From contig JBHGNT010000020.1 in the NCBI GenBank assembly GCA_043228905.1, positions 9,052,001 to 9,116,000 on the forward strand: a DNA stretch of 64,000 nt, given 5' to 3'. The notes under the pieces are model-generated. The model saw only the letters and a list, made by a program, of their open reading frames with translations. It was not told the DNA's origin and ran no database searches. This stretch comes from Azolla caroliniana. Its lineage: Eukaryota; Plantae; Polypodiophyta. Positions 24,480 to 38,245 of the stretch are shown piece after piece (positions within the stretch are counted from its first letter, which is position 1; every line of letters starts with the position of its first letter). The translations under genes and the position numbers were made by a program.

Positions 24480-25650
24480 GTACCTATCAAAGCATTGTCT
24501 TCATCTAAAACCAGATGGTGTGATTCTAAACTATGTGTTGAATATCTTGTTCACCTTCGACCTGAAACCCCTTGTAGAATCGGTAATTTCTCCTTTATTA
24601 TGTCTATTGTTGACTTCCTTAAACGTGCATCTTTTGTTAGTGTAAAGTCATAAACAATAATATCCACCTCGCTAATGTCAAGGCGTGATGTGTTACGGAT
24701 GTTTCTTTTCCTCTTTCTATTTCCCCTTGACCTTGGACATTCCATCATCTCTAATGCATACTTGCATGTAAATGCATTTTTGCTTCTAGTGTTGTATCAA
24801 TGCACCTTTATAGACTATATTTGATTTTGGTTATCATGCATCACCACATCCAAAACCTTACCAATCGAAAATTGGTGCCCTAGCTCATTATCATCATCAG
24901 ATGTAGCAATTAACATCCCACCTTGAGTTCTTGCAAGTTTCCTTGCCACCTAGTTTCAATTGCTTTTGTCATCCTTGGTCCAACATAAATGTCTCTTTGT
25001 TGTGGATGGAGCAAGTTGTCATTAATCGCATTAGGTGCAAGAAGAGGAGTCTGAGAATCACGAGAGCGTTGTATAGACCATGTAAAGGGGATTTGCACGG
25101 TCCAAGTATCGATGATACAATTATCAACAATTTCTTCTTGATCTTTAAAGAACACATCCCACCATGAGGTATCTTGTTCTCCAACATACTTCTTTGTATT
25201 ATCAATGTGCTTGCGTTTGTCTTGTAAGGCTTGCATCCAAAAGTCCTTCTATTGATCTGCTAACTCATTGTGCAGTTTCTTTTCAGTCTCAATCGGCATT
25301 TGTTTTGCACCATAAACAGTAGTGGAAGCCATATGAAGTAGACGCTGACATTCACCTTTTGGCTCCCATCGCGGGGAAGATGAATATCGTTTTGCACATA
25401 ACAACATACAACCATTAAGATCATTTTCTTTATGAAGAAAATATGATTGCTTAGTGGAGGTGTATCTAAGTTGTATCTCTTGAAGTCATATATCTCCTTC
25501 AAGTGTTGTACATTTGGACGTGGCATGTATGCATCACAAATGATGTCCAATAGCGTTGGTAATGTGAAATCATCATATCTTGATAACTACCTGGTGAATG
25601 TGGTGAACATCTTATCTATATGGTCATGTGTGACCAACCAAAATATTTAA
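24480..25650 (-). pseudogene. Degenerate DNA-transposon coding relic (possibly Sola/DUF7869-like C-terminal part)
   Basis: Colinear fragments AYMPRPNVQHLKEIYDFKRY, IYVGPR...ELKVG, FTLTKDARLRK; family assignment from recall only. Confidence 0.4.
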
Positions 25651-25927
25651 AAATGAACCAAGAAACTATAAAATTGTAAAGCTGAACCATGAACTAAAAA
25701 TCCATCGTAACAACTTTAGGGCTGATAAATCTATTGAACCAATTGATTTGAGCTTGGAAGTCTATCTAAACATGTTAGCTCAAATGGTTTCATGGTTCAA
25801 TTTGATTTTGTTTTAGTTTCAACGATTTTATACTTACGAGTTTTGAGACTCCCAAACCAAATTGATGCCAATCACCCTATGTTGGAAAGGTAGGAATGTA
25901 AGTTTACCTCATTATAGATTGTGTCTA

Positions 25928-26124
25928 TTGAATTAGCTAGTGACAATCATACAAAGCACTTAATCGTACACTTTTTCCATTAATTAAAAGCAAGCTTTTA
26001 GTAGGGATCAATGCCAACAAAATGTGTAATTGAATTAGCTAGTGACAATCATACAAAGTACTTAATCCTACACTTTTTCCATTAATTAAAAGCAAGGTTT
26101 TAGTAGGGATCAATGCCAACAAAA
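25928..26124. repeat. Tandem duplication, ~102-bp unit x2
   Basis: tgaattagctagtgacaatc...gccaacaaaat occurs twice. Confidence 0.9.
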
Positions 26125-26940
26125 TATTACACATCGGACTTAATTGACATTGCCCCAAATGAATTTTTGGAGCAAGGACTTAGTTGAGAACTTAGAACCC
26201 AAATAGGGCCATTGTTTAACACCAATTATCTCTAATTAATCTTGTATTGAAGAATTAGCAATGATGGATTCAATGCATCCAAATCACAAGTGCCAATTTG
26301 TTTGGTTAAGGATAAACTCTTGCAACTTCTCCATTTACGATTAACTGTTCATGTCATGATACCAGCACAGATTGGTCACTATGATGCAACATGGTACGCA
26401 AAGAATTAACTATATGCACCAATATGTATTCTTGCAATATCATGAGCTAACAATTGCATCTTTGAGAAAGGTTTGAGATACCATGACTATCTTTTACATC
26501 TTGCAAACATCCCTATTATTACAATTTGGTGTGATCAGAATTAGGCTTTCTGTTGTAACCAGCATAAATAGAAATTTAGATGTGAAGATTTTATAGTTTA
26601 AAGCATAGGGAGAATTAAAGATCCTAAGACAACCAGATTGACTTGTCATTTCACTTCAAACAACCTCGTGTACCCACCAAAAATGCTAACAGAAAAAAGA
26701 GAATTTATGACTCCTACTTGATCCTGAAATCTGGTATTTTGGTCTTTGGGCTATTCATTTATATACGGTTTTTAAATGGAAGATGGAATAGCTTTTAATC
26801 TGAACAGTTTCCCACAAAACTATCAATTGATTGAGCATGCCAAAGACTAGGATTTCAAGGAACCTCAAATATGAAGTTCCATATTTAATGCATCACTGTG
26901 GAGGTTCACCTATATAACTCTGAAAAATACAAACCGGAAA

Positions 26941-29900
26941 CTAATTCAATGCTTCAATTTTTGGTCGTTTTGTCCGTCCACATTGCAATATATTCTTTTT
27001 ATCATCTTCTTCAGGTTCTGATTCTTCAGTGTCCAAATCTGCATTTGTTTCCATCACAGAAGCTCTACCACCTACTAACCTCTCGGCAGCTAAAAGTGCA
27101 TCTGGTGTGTGAAGATCAGCCACACCTAAAGCTAGATCCTGGCATTTTAAAAAGGATATGGCATAAACTGTAAATTATTAATACCACACATGTTTAGACA
27201 ATCATTAGAGTATATAATTTCCGGATACAAAGTGAAATATGTATATAATAAATAATATATATATTTACATGCATATGTACACGATATACGTATTTGTGTA
27301 CGAATATATACATGGATGTTCCTTTTGAACACTTTAGAGACATTTCGGTATTTTGAACATCAACACAAATATGTGGTATGTGGGGACATACTGCAGTGAA
27401 AACACAGATCTGTATGTGGCAAGTTGCTATTTCCCACCAGTAAATTCAAGGTTAGCATTTATTTGTAAGTCATTGTATCTAACATTATATAACGGATAAA
27501 TAAGGTTTCGAAACCATTAGAATATTGTGTAAGTAGGGAGACTTCAAAGAATCAATAGGGTAACTACTAAGAAGAAATAAACCTAAATCTTTGACAGAAA
27601 TGAAACTCTATATAAAGTTGAAGCAGCGATATAGAAGTTTGTAGGATGAGATTGAAAAATGATGACAAAAGATCTGTAGCAGAAAACAACCTAGATTACC
27701 AAAGAGGACCAAAGATTGAAAGGCTAACAAAGATGGTTGGGCCTTTGAGAGTCGCCATTAAAAATTCGATATAGAGATCAAGGGAAAACATTCATTTGTC
27801 ACCCCTGTGGTTTCTAAAACACCTTTCTGTTACCACAGTAACCTAATCATGACCCTCACCTCATAACTCTAGAGGGGTATGGACATGTGATCATGATATC
27901 AATTAATGTTTACCAACAATATGTTTACATCACGACATCATGTTATGCCTATTTGTCTGACCCTATCCTATTTCTTTGCCAAACATCCGCTTCCGGGTGA
28001 CTTAGATACTCTCTCTCCTTTTGACAAGAAGAGACATGCATGTACTTCATAAATTTGGAGTTTCCTATCAGCTCCTGAAATGTATTTGCAGCATTTAAGA
28101 GTTATCTACTCAAGAAAACTCAACCTTTTCATTCTCCCTTGATAGTTGTGATAAAATCACCATCATTGTATAAAGATCACCAAAAACATCCGAGACTTTT
28201 TGTTTTGTAATTACACGGAGAGAAAACCACTTATATAACACCTACTCTCAATCAAGCATTGGCTCAAAATAATAATTATAATTTCGACCACAACTAACGC
28301 AACATTTTTTGAGGAAAATTTCATCAAGTCCCAATAATCAAACCATGAAATCAACATGGGGAACTTCTGAACAGGCAATAACTCTTCCAACCCAACCACA
28401 ACCAAATGAGATAGAAACTCTTTAGAATGATTGACAAGTGATCAACAAAGAACACTCTTCCCAAGTAGAACACACCACCACTAATTAATAGAATGATTTC
28501 TATGTAAACAGGATTGAGTCATTGAGTTTGGCTTATCTTGTACAATTCATGGTGGAAAGCTTAATATTAAGGGTGGGTAGTAAACACCAATCATAATTGT
28601 ATCTCCAAATTCAGGGAATGGAAAGTTCAACACTTTAACAAATACTTGGAAAGGAATTAACCTACATTTCATTATGCTAATAGTAGCTTGTAATGGTAGT
28701 TTTGTCCCAAAACGGTTTGGCTGGATAAGGCCAAACCGGTTAAGCCTAAACCGAATCGTTGCCTATTCCTATTTCACATCTAGGATGCTAATTATTCATG
28801 AAATAAGGAAGTTGACACCTTAGTTACCGCCAAAAGACTGTTTTCTCTTTTCATACTTCTTTATTGATACTTAATTGAAGAGGATAAATGTAGTTTGAGA
28901 GCATTTAAAGAGCCCAAACCCATATATAGAATTTCCACGGTATCTTGATTGAATATAGTGGGAACGCCATGTGCAAAGGTTTCAAGGTATTCTTGACAGG
29001 TTTGGCACTCTAAAATGACTTTATATCCATAAAGCTAGATTGTTTAGCAGACACATTGTTTGCCCAAATGACCAGAATCTCTTCTAGTATTTCTTTATTG
29101 GGTATGTAATAATTAACAATGGGCCTGGTTTCGGCTCGAACTGAACCGAACCGAACCAAATCGTTAAGCCATGGTTGAATGGCTTATCAGTTCCAAAAAA
29201 ATTTAATGGTTTGGTTTAGTTTTGATGATTAATAAACAGTTCTCGGTTTTAGTTTAGTTTGGTTCTAAAACTCAAGTTTATCGGTTTATAGGTTTAAGTG
29301 GTTGGATTTAAAGGTTTTTGGGTTTTTGATTTTTTTTTTCCCCTTAATGGTTTAATTAATGTTTTCTTTAATGATTTAATTAGTTTAACTAAAATGCTTA
29401 TTTAATTTAATGATTGAATTAATGCTTTTTTATTGATTTAATAAATGTAACTTAAATGTTTGTTTAATTTAATATATTTTTATTTATTTAGTTTTTTAAT
29501 TAGTTTGACTTAAGTGGTTAGGTTTAAATTTTTTTATTCAATGGCTCAAGTTCAGTTTAAATGGTTTGGTTTGAAGGGCTTGAGAGTTCCTAAACAGTTT
29601 GGTTCGGTTTTTGTTTTACGTGAATGGTTCAGTTCAATTCAGTTCGGTTTTAAGGCAAAGAAACCAAAACAAACTAGGCCCATTGCTAGTAATAATAAAA
29701 TATAAAAGAGAAAATGTGATCGGCTTATTTATGCCATAGATCCAATGACACAACATTGTCAGATGTTGCCTTCTCCTATTGGGTGTTAGACGTATTTTTA
29801 CCATACATTAGATGTTCTTTTTCTCTCTCGATGGAGACTCCTTGATGCCAAGCAACTATAGGACGATCTTGATTGGTCATTACTATAAACCAGAATTCTT

Positions 29901-31602
29901 CTTGGGAGGGAAAAGGTGGCATACAAATACTCCTACACATACTAGAAGTAACATTTACAATATCCAAGTTCTCCTTATGAGAGGCTGCTCATGCCCGATT
30001 TTCTCATGGATATGCAACCCTTGGTGTTCTAGAAAGACAATGTGCACATTGCAAATTCAAAAGCCACGGAATCAACCATAGCTATTTGATATACTTGTGA
30101 AATAAACTTTTCTCTATGGAGTAGAAACATGGGGGCCGAGTCTTAGCAAGGCAAATAGCTGGAAAGACTTAGGGAGACCTTTACTGTCAATGATTGCCTG
30201 CATGATAAGGAGCAAAGCATTAGTGCCCCATCATATAATCCAGAATAATCATCGTGGTATTATTCCGATTAATGACTTCAATCCAACAACTTTGAGAGCT
30301 CCCTAAAGGAAGGTACTCAAGGTTCGCACTTACGTCATCAAGACAACTTGCTAAACATTGAGACATTCATTGTCGGTATGCCGAAATGCAGCAATGGTCT
30401 GAGTCACATGGCATAAGCAGAAATGCACTACCCTCATTCCAATATAGAATGCACTATCCCCATTCTAACAGAACAAAAGTGGAAAAGAATAATATTAGTG
30501 GGCAGTATGTATCATGTCATAAATAAACTCTTCTCTTAAAAACAATCTCAAGCATATGAACAACAATCACATATACATGTACTGGAAGCAGATATGATTC
30601 TCTTGTTCTATGAATATGACAAACAAATATGTTACAATCCGATGCTTTGCACTCTAAACCTATCCAAAGTACAAAAAATGTAAATATTGAGATTAGGCAT
30701 AGACACTGATAAAGAAGGGCCTCTTAAATCAAATGTGAATACCATGCTTTCTTTTCATGCTTCATTTTTTTCTCTCTTCTTTTTAGTTTTTTCTTTAGGG
30801 TTGTATTCATGCTTTTTGCTTTTTGCTTTTTTCTTTTTTCTTTCTTAAGGATTCTTACCCGTCATTAACACTCTTGTTACAAACACTAGGAAGATATGAC
30901 TACATTCAACAATGAACATATTGAATATTTCAGCAAATCAATTACCATTTCCACATAAGGTGTATCATCATCCTCCTTCAAAACTTCAATGTTAAACCCA
31001 TCTGCACCTTTTTCCTACATCCATGTTATAGCATGCGCACGTGTTATACATAGGTGCATATATTTATATATACATCAATATATTGATATTTATATATTGA
31101 TACACTGATGTAGAGAGATTAAAATTTAACAAGCCTTGATTCTTGAAAAGAAGAGAATACCTTAATTTCCATCGTAAGCTTTTTATTGGATTCATCTAGG
31201 ATTGGAAGGAAGGCTTTTACTCTATTCAGGACTTCAAAAAAGCAAATGAAATAATGAGAAACTTAGAAATCTCAAAAGCAATCATGAAATTAACTAAAAA
31301 TAACTTAATATTCTCATAATTAGATATTAGATATTTACCATTGCTTTCACCTAGGGTCTGAAAGATTTTCTGAGCATTCTTTTTCTTTTTCTTCTTGTCC
31401 ATATCCTTATCTTTTTCTTTACAAATAGAGAATAACTTTGATCCTACATTTTGTCATGATAGAGTGAGAAAGAAATGCAGAGAGCAAAAGAAAAATATCA
31501 AAGGGAGAAACATATACCTGGAATGGGATGTGAAGAATCGCTGTGCTCCAGACGCAGAAGGTCCTTGTTTCCATCCGAAACCTGGTTTTCTAGAGAAACC
31601 AT
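26941..31602 (-). CDS. NOPCHAP1: NOP protein chaperone 1-like (DUF4598/C12orf45 family), 175 aa. Exons 31518-31602, 31339-31443, 31161-31231, 30946-31014, 26941-27138
   Basis: All introns are GT-AG with consistent phase (528 nt total). Protein contains VLNRVKAFLPILDESNKKL...FNIEVL...YVEMDLALGVADLHTPDALLAAE...RPKIEALN, matching recalled family motifs. Confidence 0.85.
29114..29688. mobile_element. hAT-type MITE in NOPCHAP1 intron 4
   Basis: TIRs taacaatgggcctggttt / aaactaggcccattgcta; perfect 8-bp TSD gtaataat (29106-29113, 29689-29696); aaccg-type subterminal repeats. Confidence 0.88.
29780..30340 (+). mobile_element. Degenerate LINE RT fragment in NOPCHAP1 intron 4
   Basis: PSNYRTI and LYGVETWGPS motifs, with a large deletion between them. 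Confidence 0.6.
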
Positions 31603-33549
31603 AGAGATATTAGAGAACAAACAAAGAGACAGACAAATAGGGGGCAGGAGTTTTGAAGGCCGAATGAGGCTAGGGTTCAGAAAATAGGAAGCAGATTTTC
31701 GTTAAACTAGATAAATAGCCTCTTCATCTCCTCCTCTTCTACCTCACAAACTAAAAAACCAAGGGCAAAGAGATTGTTACTAGTAGTAGTATTAGAAGTA
31801 CTAGTAGTATTAGTAAACACCCCAAAGAGATTGTTCACATATATGAAAGGTCACACGAAGGTGAGAATGCCAGAAGTACTTTTATTTCCCCGATAGAAAC
31901 CAAGTCAAGTGGTAGCAGCAATGAGAATTCTCCAGATACAAGTAACGAGACCAAGCTAGGAAATTTTTGAGAGAATTCTACTTGAGTATAGCCTGGATGA
32001 TTTGTCCAAAATATCGAAGAAGGATTTGATGGACTAGGTCGAATATCCCAATAAACTATTGAGTGTTGGCGCAACACTTCATGGGTTTGAACGAAGGTTC
32101 AAACATTTATCAACACTCCACAACACAATATTGAACTTGATAAATAGCGTTTCCACACATAGTTCATAGCTTTATAAAGTAGGGTTTATGAAATGTTTTT
32201 ACAGATCAAGTACAATGGTAGTAACAAGAAGTGATATAATGAATTATTACAAGATAATCATTAAGTATAAATGGAAATGAAAGTTGAGGAGATGATTGAA
32301 TTTCTTGTGAAGGTGCGAGTCAAGTGAGCTGTTGAGACCAGACCTACCTTCAACAACGACCTTCAGGTAGAAGTAGTATTCTCAAGCCACTTCCTGATCC
32401 TCTTCCATGACAAGTGTGTGAGTTTGTTGAACCCCTTCGTTGAGGCCACCAACACATAATGGTGCTCGGTAGAGAATCTGTCTCAAGGTATGCTTGACAA
32501 CAAGAAGAACTAAGAACCCTAATACTCATGAAGAATAGGGAAAATAAAACCCTAAAGCCTCAAGTATGTCAAGGAGGATTTATTTTTCTGCTATGCCTAG
32601 ACTCCATTTTTTCTGATATCTACCTTTTTCCATACCACTTCATGACATTGATTTGATATACACTATTAGTCACAAGACAATTATATCCGATGTTGAGCAT
32701 CTAGAAATGATTCCAAGGATCAAAAGGCAATCTGTTTTGATAATGACTACTCTTCAATTAGGTAGATCTTGATCCACCATCATGGTTGACACAATTCCGA
32801 ACAATTCTCTTTTCATTTGGGCCCAATTCCCATACCAAACCCACTGCCCACAAATTTCAATGTTTGCTTAACTCCACAACTCAACTTATGCCTCTTCTCG
32901 ACGACGACGCTGGTCACGAAATTCGAAATGTAGCGGTTGCATCAATGTATCCACCCCACATGAGATCATTTCGTTCAAGATATGCTGACATACTAAGAGG
33001 GAGTGATAACTTAAGTGCTATACTTAAGACACCACCGAGAAGGTTGAGCTCATATGTGCATGCTTTATTCACACATTGAGATTTTGTGCTTCAATGTATG
33101 AACACCCCTTCTTAGGAAGGAGACACACATCAAGAACACATGTATACTTTGGTTCCATAGGTCAAAATTGGCCTCTTTATGGACGATAAAAATTCTAATT
33201 CTAATTCTAATTTGAGATCAATTGACAAAATCCTCCCCACTTGATGATAGAAGCAATGTTCCATCAGTCCAAAACAATCACTAGCACCACTAAACCCATA
33301 CATACTAGTTATGATTTAGTGAGCATTGAGCTTTTACATGAAAATACTTCTCTTTGGTAAAAAGATCATACATTGTTGATTATACTTTTAAGCGAAAACA
33401 ATAATCTCTAAGATATGACATATAGCTTCAAACTTCCAAAACTTGGCCGTATGTCCATATCAGCATGTTCCTATCACAGCTCCACAAACGAGGGTCATGT
33501 AGACATTGCATAAAATACGAGAGATTAGGTAAGGTTAAGAGATTGACAC

Positions 33550-33653
33550 CTGTGAGCCTTTCGAATTGCAGCACGTTCTGTGTGTGTGCTATCTGCCGCA
33601 TAGCAGCCAAGAAGAAATTCCCAGACTTCTGCCCTTATTGATGGATCCACACC
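33550..33653 (-). pseudogene. Isolated, frameshifted exon of a TBC-domain Rab/Ypt-GAP gene
   Basis: AG|GVDPSIRAEVWEFLLGCYAADST..(frameshift)..ERAAIRKAH|GT. Confidence 0.75.
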
Positions 33654-34228
33654 CTGAGCAATAAGATATGAATTTCATACAGAATAATGTGGGTTGTTAG
33701 AGGTTTAACAAATTTTAAATTCTTTTAGAGTTGTCATAAATAAATACACCCCAAATGGTCATTGTATCATGAAGATAATAGTGAGATAAATGAAAGGCGT
33801 ACATTGTGCTACATTGTGTAATTACTGTGGCTTAATGGATTCCTCCAGTCCTAAACTGAATCTTTCATGGGTAGCATCATCACCAAAACATAGTTTTTAA
33901 AGAATAGGCTTCCCACATAAAGCATGTCAAAAGAGCATAAATATGACAAAACGTTGCTGGTTTTCCATTCGAACCATGAAAATATTGTTGCTGGGAACAG
34001 GATCATCAACTCATTTTAGTTAAAAATCTTTCAATGCCAAATTTTGTATCCTAATGAGTTTACTACATCCCAAACCCAATAAACCCTAAATCCCCCATCT
34101 CCCGTGGACGATAAAGAATCTATTCTATTATATTGTCTCTAGTTCCGGAATTCATGTTATTGGCCACTCAAGAAAGATAGAAGACCATCATCATCATTGT
34201 GATCGTCATCTTCTTCATGATCATGATC

Positions 34229-34231
<3 letters not shown>

Positions 34232-34301
<70 letters not shown>

Positions 34302-34413
34302 AGAAACCCAAGAAACCCTAAATCCCCCATCCCATCCCCACCCAAGCCAAGCCAGCCAAGCGTAGAGTTCCAAGGTGATACTTTTGGTAGGTGGAGGGTA
34401 GTAGTAAGTTGTA

Positions 34414-34469
<56 letters not shown>
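34232..34469. repeat. (CT)n, (TA)n and (GA)n microsatellite cluster
   Basis: Directly visible. Confidence 0.95.
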
Positions 34470-34473
<4 letters not shown>

Positions 34474-35145
34474 TAGACCTTTGAGCAGGAGATGTTGCGC
34501 AATCTGTGAGTAGTGAGCTTCCTGCAGGGAGCAAGCGAGCAGCGAAGCAGAGGGATAAAAAAAAAGGGGGGAAACTATATAAATACATAGCTGCCTCAAA
34601 ATATGTATATGAACCGGCTAGATGCCTATGGGACTCCAAGAATATTATTGCTAATCACTCAATATGTTGAACACTAAAAAGTATTCTGCCTTATTTGTCT
34701 CCCAATCGTGTTGATATATACATATCGTGGATATCACCCCATTAAAGGTTGGGTCAACCAAAAGAGAGTGCAAGCATGCTCGTCACTATTCGACCTCAGG
34801 TTCATAAATGTGAAGAGAGAGTGAATCTAGGGCTTGGACGACCCTGAACTGTTCTTGGGAATCTCGGATGATCAGGGCCGTCCAAGCACAGAAAAAAAGA
34901 TAAAGCAAAAAAAAAGAAAAAGACCTCGAAGAAAGTAAAAAAAGTAGAAAAATAGAAAAAGAAGAAGAAGAGAGAGAAAACTTTTTGGGGGAAATTCAAA
35001 ATTGTGTGTGAAAATCCCCTCTCTCTCTATGGTTTTCTATTTTTATTTCTCTATTTCCCTTGCATTTCTCTGCATTTTCTTTTCTCTATTTTTATTTTTC
35101 TCTTTCCCTTCCCTTTCTTTGCGTTTTCTTTCTCTGAGTTGAAAC

Positions 35146-35392
35146 TCTTTCTCATGTTCAAATCCCTTTCTCTCTTTCCCTCCCCCAAATCAGAGTTGAA
35201 ACAAGCAAAAGAATGCAGCTCTTTCTATATGCATATAGGGCACTTGAAATCTCTTTCTCATGTTCAAATCCCTTTCTCTCTTTCCCTCCCCCAAATCAGA
35301 GTTGAAACAAGCAAAAGAATGCTGCTCTTTCTATATGCATATAGGGCACTTGAAATCTCTTTCTCATGTTCAAATCCCTTTCTCTCTTTCCC
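35146..35392. repeat. ~105-bp tandem repeat x2.3 inside the MULE
   Basis: ctctttctcatgttcaaatcc at 35146, 35251 and 35357. Confidence 0.9.
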
Positions 35393-36321
35393 TCACTTAA
35401 CCGCCCATCTTCATGATGCTTCCCATCCTCATCGATACCCCCTAAATAACCTTGGAATAGAGACCACTCTACCCATGAGCTCCCTTAGCTCATTGAGGAA
35501 ACGAAGATGCATCGACACATCCTTGTTTTAATGAGGAAGCCGTGACTGACTGTTCTGAGTTGATGAGCTATTTTGGTTGTATTGTTGTTCAACAACATCT
35601 CGTATGTCTCTTGCGTTCTAACAAGAACAGGGCTAACCTCTGTTAGTCTTTGTATTTTATTAACTTAGCGCAGTTAATCAAAGCTCTGTTTGAAGACGAC
35701 ACAAGAGAAAACATGGTTCTCTCCTGACTCCAGTTCCCAACTATATGATTGGCAGATCTGTTCTATAGAGGTGTTCTGTAGACCTGCATATCTGGCTAAA
35801 TCTATTTCTATTGGATGTGAAGAGGTTTTGAGCTGCCATGTGATACATCATTGAAAACATTCTTGCATGAGTATACCAATAATGAGTACCTACATACCTA
35901 GCATTTTGTTTTGATTATGTAAGCGCCCATCTTGAGTACCCTTGCATAAAGATCTCCCAAATACATTGGACACCAATCACCATGGTCACAATAGGGTCTG
36001 CTTTCATATATGCTCAAATAATATCATGGGGCATTGATGTATCGCTCCTTATCATGAAGGCAACCATTCCCCTATATTGTCTAGTTATGTATCCTATGAA
36101 GGCTCGGTCCCCAAATTTCTATTCAATAGAAAGAGTCGGTGTTACAATTGTAAGCAAACAAACATAATTCAGTTCATGGTTCTTGGAATGGGAGATGTGC
36201 TCAGTTGTCATCTAAGGACACCAAAAGCAGCATACCATGAGAATGTCAAGCATAGGCAGCTTCCATGCTCTCATATATTTTTTCAAAGAACAAGCATACC
36301 TCTGCTTTAAATTTAGCCAAC

Positions 36322-36378
<57 letters not shown>

Positions 36379-37408
36379 GGAACCCAGGTTGACATCATTA
36401 GCACTTCCTAAAGCAACATGGATGCAAAAGGAATTTGTTTTGCTTTGCCACAATTACAATAATGAGCTCTCACAAATTTCCTTCCTATGCAAGAGTCCTA
36501 TGCAAGAGTTATAATGCAATCAAAATTCAAACTGTGTTAGGGTGCTGCAAATTTGTTGATTGTTTCAAGGCCCTTCACCTGTTGATAAAGGTTCACCCTT
36601 ACAACACTATAATTTCTGAAGGTTGAACAATAGAAAGAGTCCTTTATCATCCCTTTGTGTCTTAACATCATTACCATACATTTCATACAGATGATTGGTT
36701 GCTTCAAATGGATCTCCAAAGAACAACCTCAAACAAGAGTTCAAACATTAAATAATCACTATCAAAAAAGCATCCTTCCGAGCTTCACATATATAACATA
36801 GACATTAATAAGACTTAATGATGCATATTACGTAGCTCTCCAATGAATCGATGCATGAAATTTAAAACTTTAACAAATTGTGTGCCTACCAAAGAGATCA
36901 TTTCAGGAATTAGACAAGACCATACTACATATATCTCACGCAATGCATCATTGCATAAAACCATACATGACCACACAACATAAATATATTCAAAAGTGAA
37001 GATACAAAGTGAAGAAAGTTTACGCAAATATGTCATTAACGCATGAAACCATTACATAACACTCAATACACAATATTCGAGTTTGAGTATTTACAAAAAT
37101 TGTAATTGAAGATACAATATGGCAGATTGTGTATTTATAGAAGTTGAGACTGAAGATACACTATTCAGAGTTTGTGTATTTACAATATAATCCAAAATTT
37201 AAATTGTCGATAAATATCCGAATTGGAAAAAGGCATCCAAATTTTCTCATGCCCATGAACCTACAAAAGGCACCAAACAAGGTTACCAGTCAACAATGTA
37301 CAAATACGAAAGCTGCAAATGAGAAACAATATAGATTTAGGAATGAGAATCAAACCTGGCAAAACTGAATCACACCATAGTCTGAACAGATCTGTTTAAA
37401 CAATAAAG

Positions 37409-38245
37409 CTATGTAGCAAGAATTCTAACTTTAGAAGCATAAATATTAGTGGTAGATACTCCATTGCTATTTGTTATTGTGAACCATCGTTCTCCCCCAT
37501 TATCTGGGTAATGAACATCAACAATCATAGCACTTGTTATGCACTCTGCCCCATCATCAATCAATATACATTTTCCCTTCAAAGCTTTCATAGCGATCGA
37601 AATGTCACCATGATTATGATTTAACGGCAACATGCTATCACAATGATTGCAATGTGATGTTTGATTTTTATCTAATATTAGGACCAAAGAATTACAATGC
37701 ATACATCGAACCTTCATACGTCTCGGTAGACGAACTCGCTTTCGACATCCTTGTATGCCCCATCCATGCCTTCTTGTACCTTTATCCTTATTGTTAGGAG
37801 CTACCCCGATATCTTCGAAAGCTACTACATTGCTAACAATGGGCCTTTTGTTGCCATAGGGGTTTTCAATAACATTTTGTTGCAAACCTCTAATACTCTC
37901 ATTTTGAGGCAGATCTTTCATCAAAGGAGAAATATCAGACCTCATTTGCTGACAAAATGCAAGCATTCTTTCATTCCAAACATTAACATCCTCTTTAGAC
38001 ATAGAATGTAGACACTCTTCAAAATTCCTTATTGTTTCCTTAACAAGAGAAATAGTTGCAAATATAGACTCATCATGGCCACCCTCAAAGTTGGCATTTG
38101 CATCTTGACCACGCATTTCTAATGCATCATCAATAAGATGTAGCTCCTTTCTTGAGTCAGGCATGTGTTGTTCAATAAATAATCTAATACACATCAAGTG
38201 CTTGCATTTACATGCATAATCATCGCAATCACAAAAAGAAGCTTG
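37409..38245 (-). pseudogene. MULE transposase C-terminal part (SWIM zinc finger + CxxC-CxxC ribbon), 5'-truncated
   Basis: SFCDCDDYACKCKHLMCI lies in frame just upstream of ORF 37409-38197; RCMHCNS...HCNHCDS. Confidence 0.7.

Noticed and set aside
32050-33330. Possible retroelement relics upstream of NOPCHAP1
   Set aside because: Too degenerate to assign boundaries or domains by eye.
34157-34639. ORF with RE/SL/YI repeats
   Set aside because: Translation of dinucleotide microsatellites.
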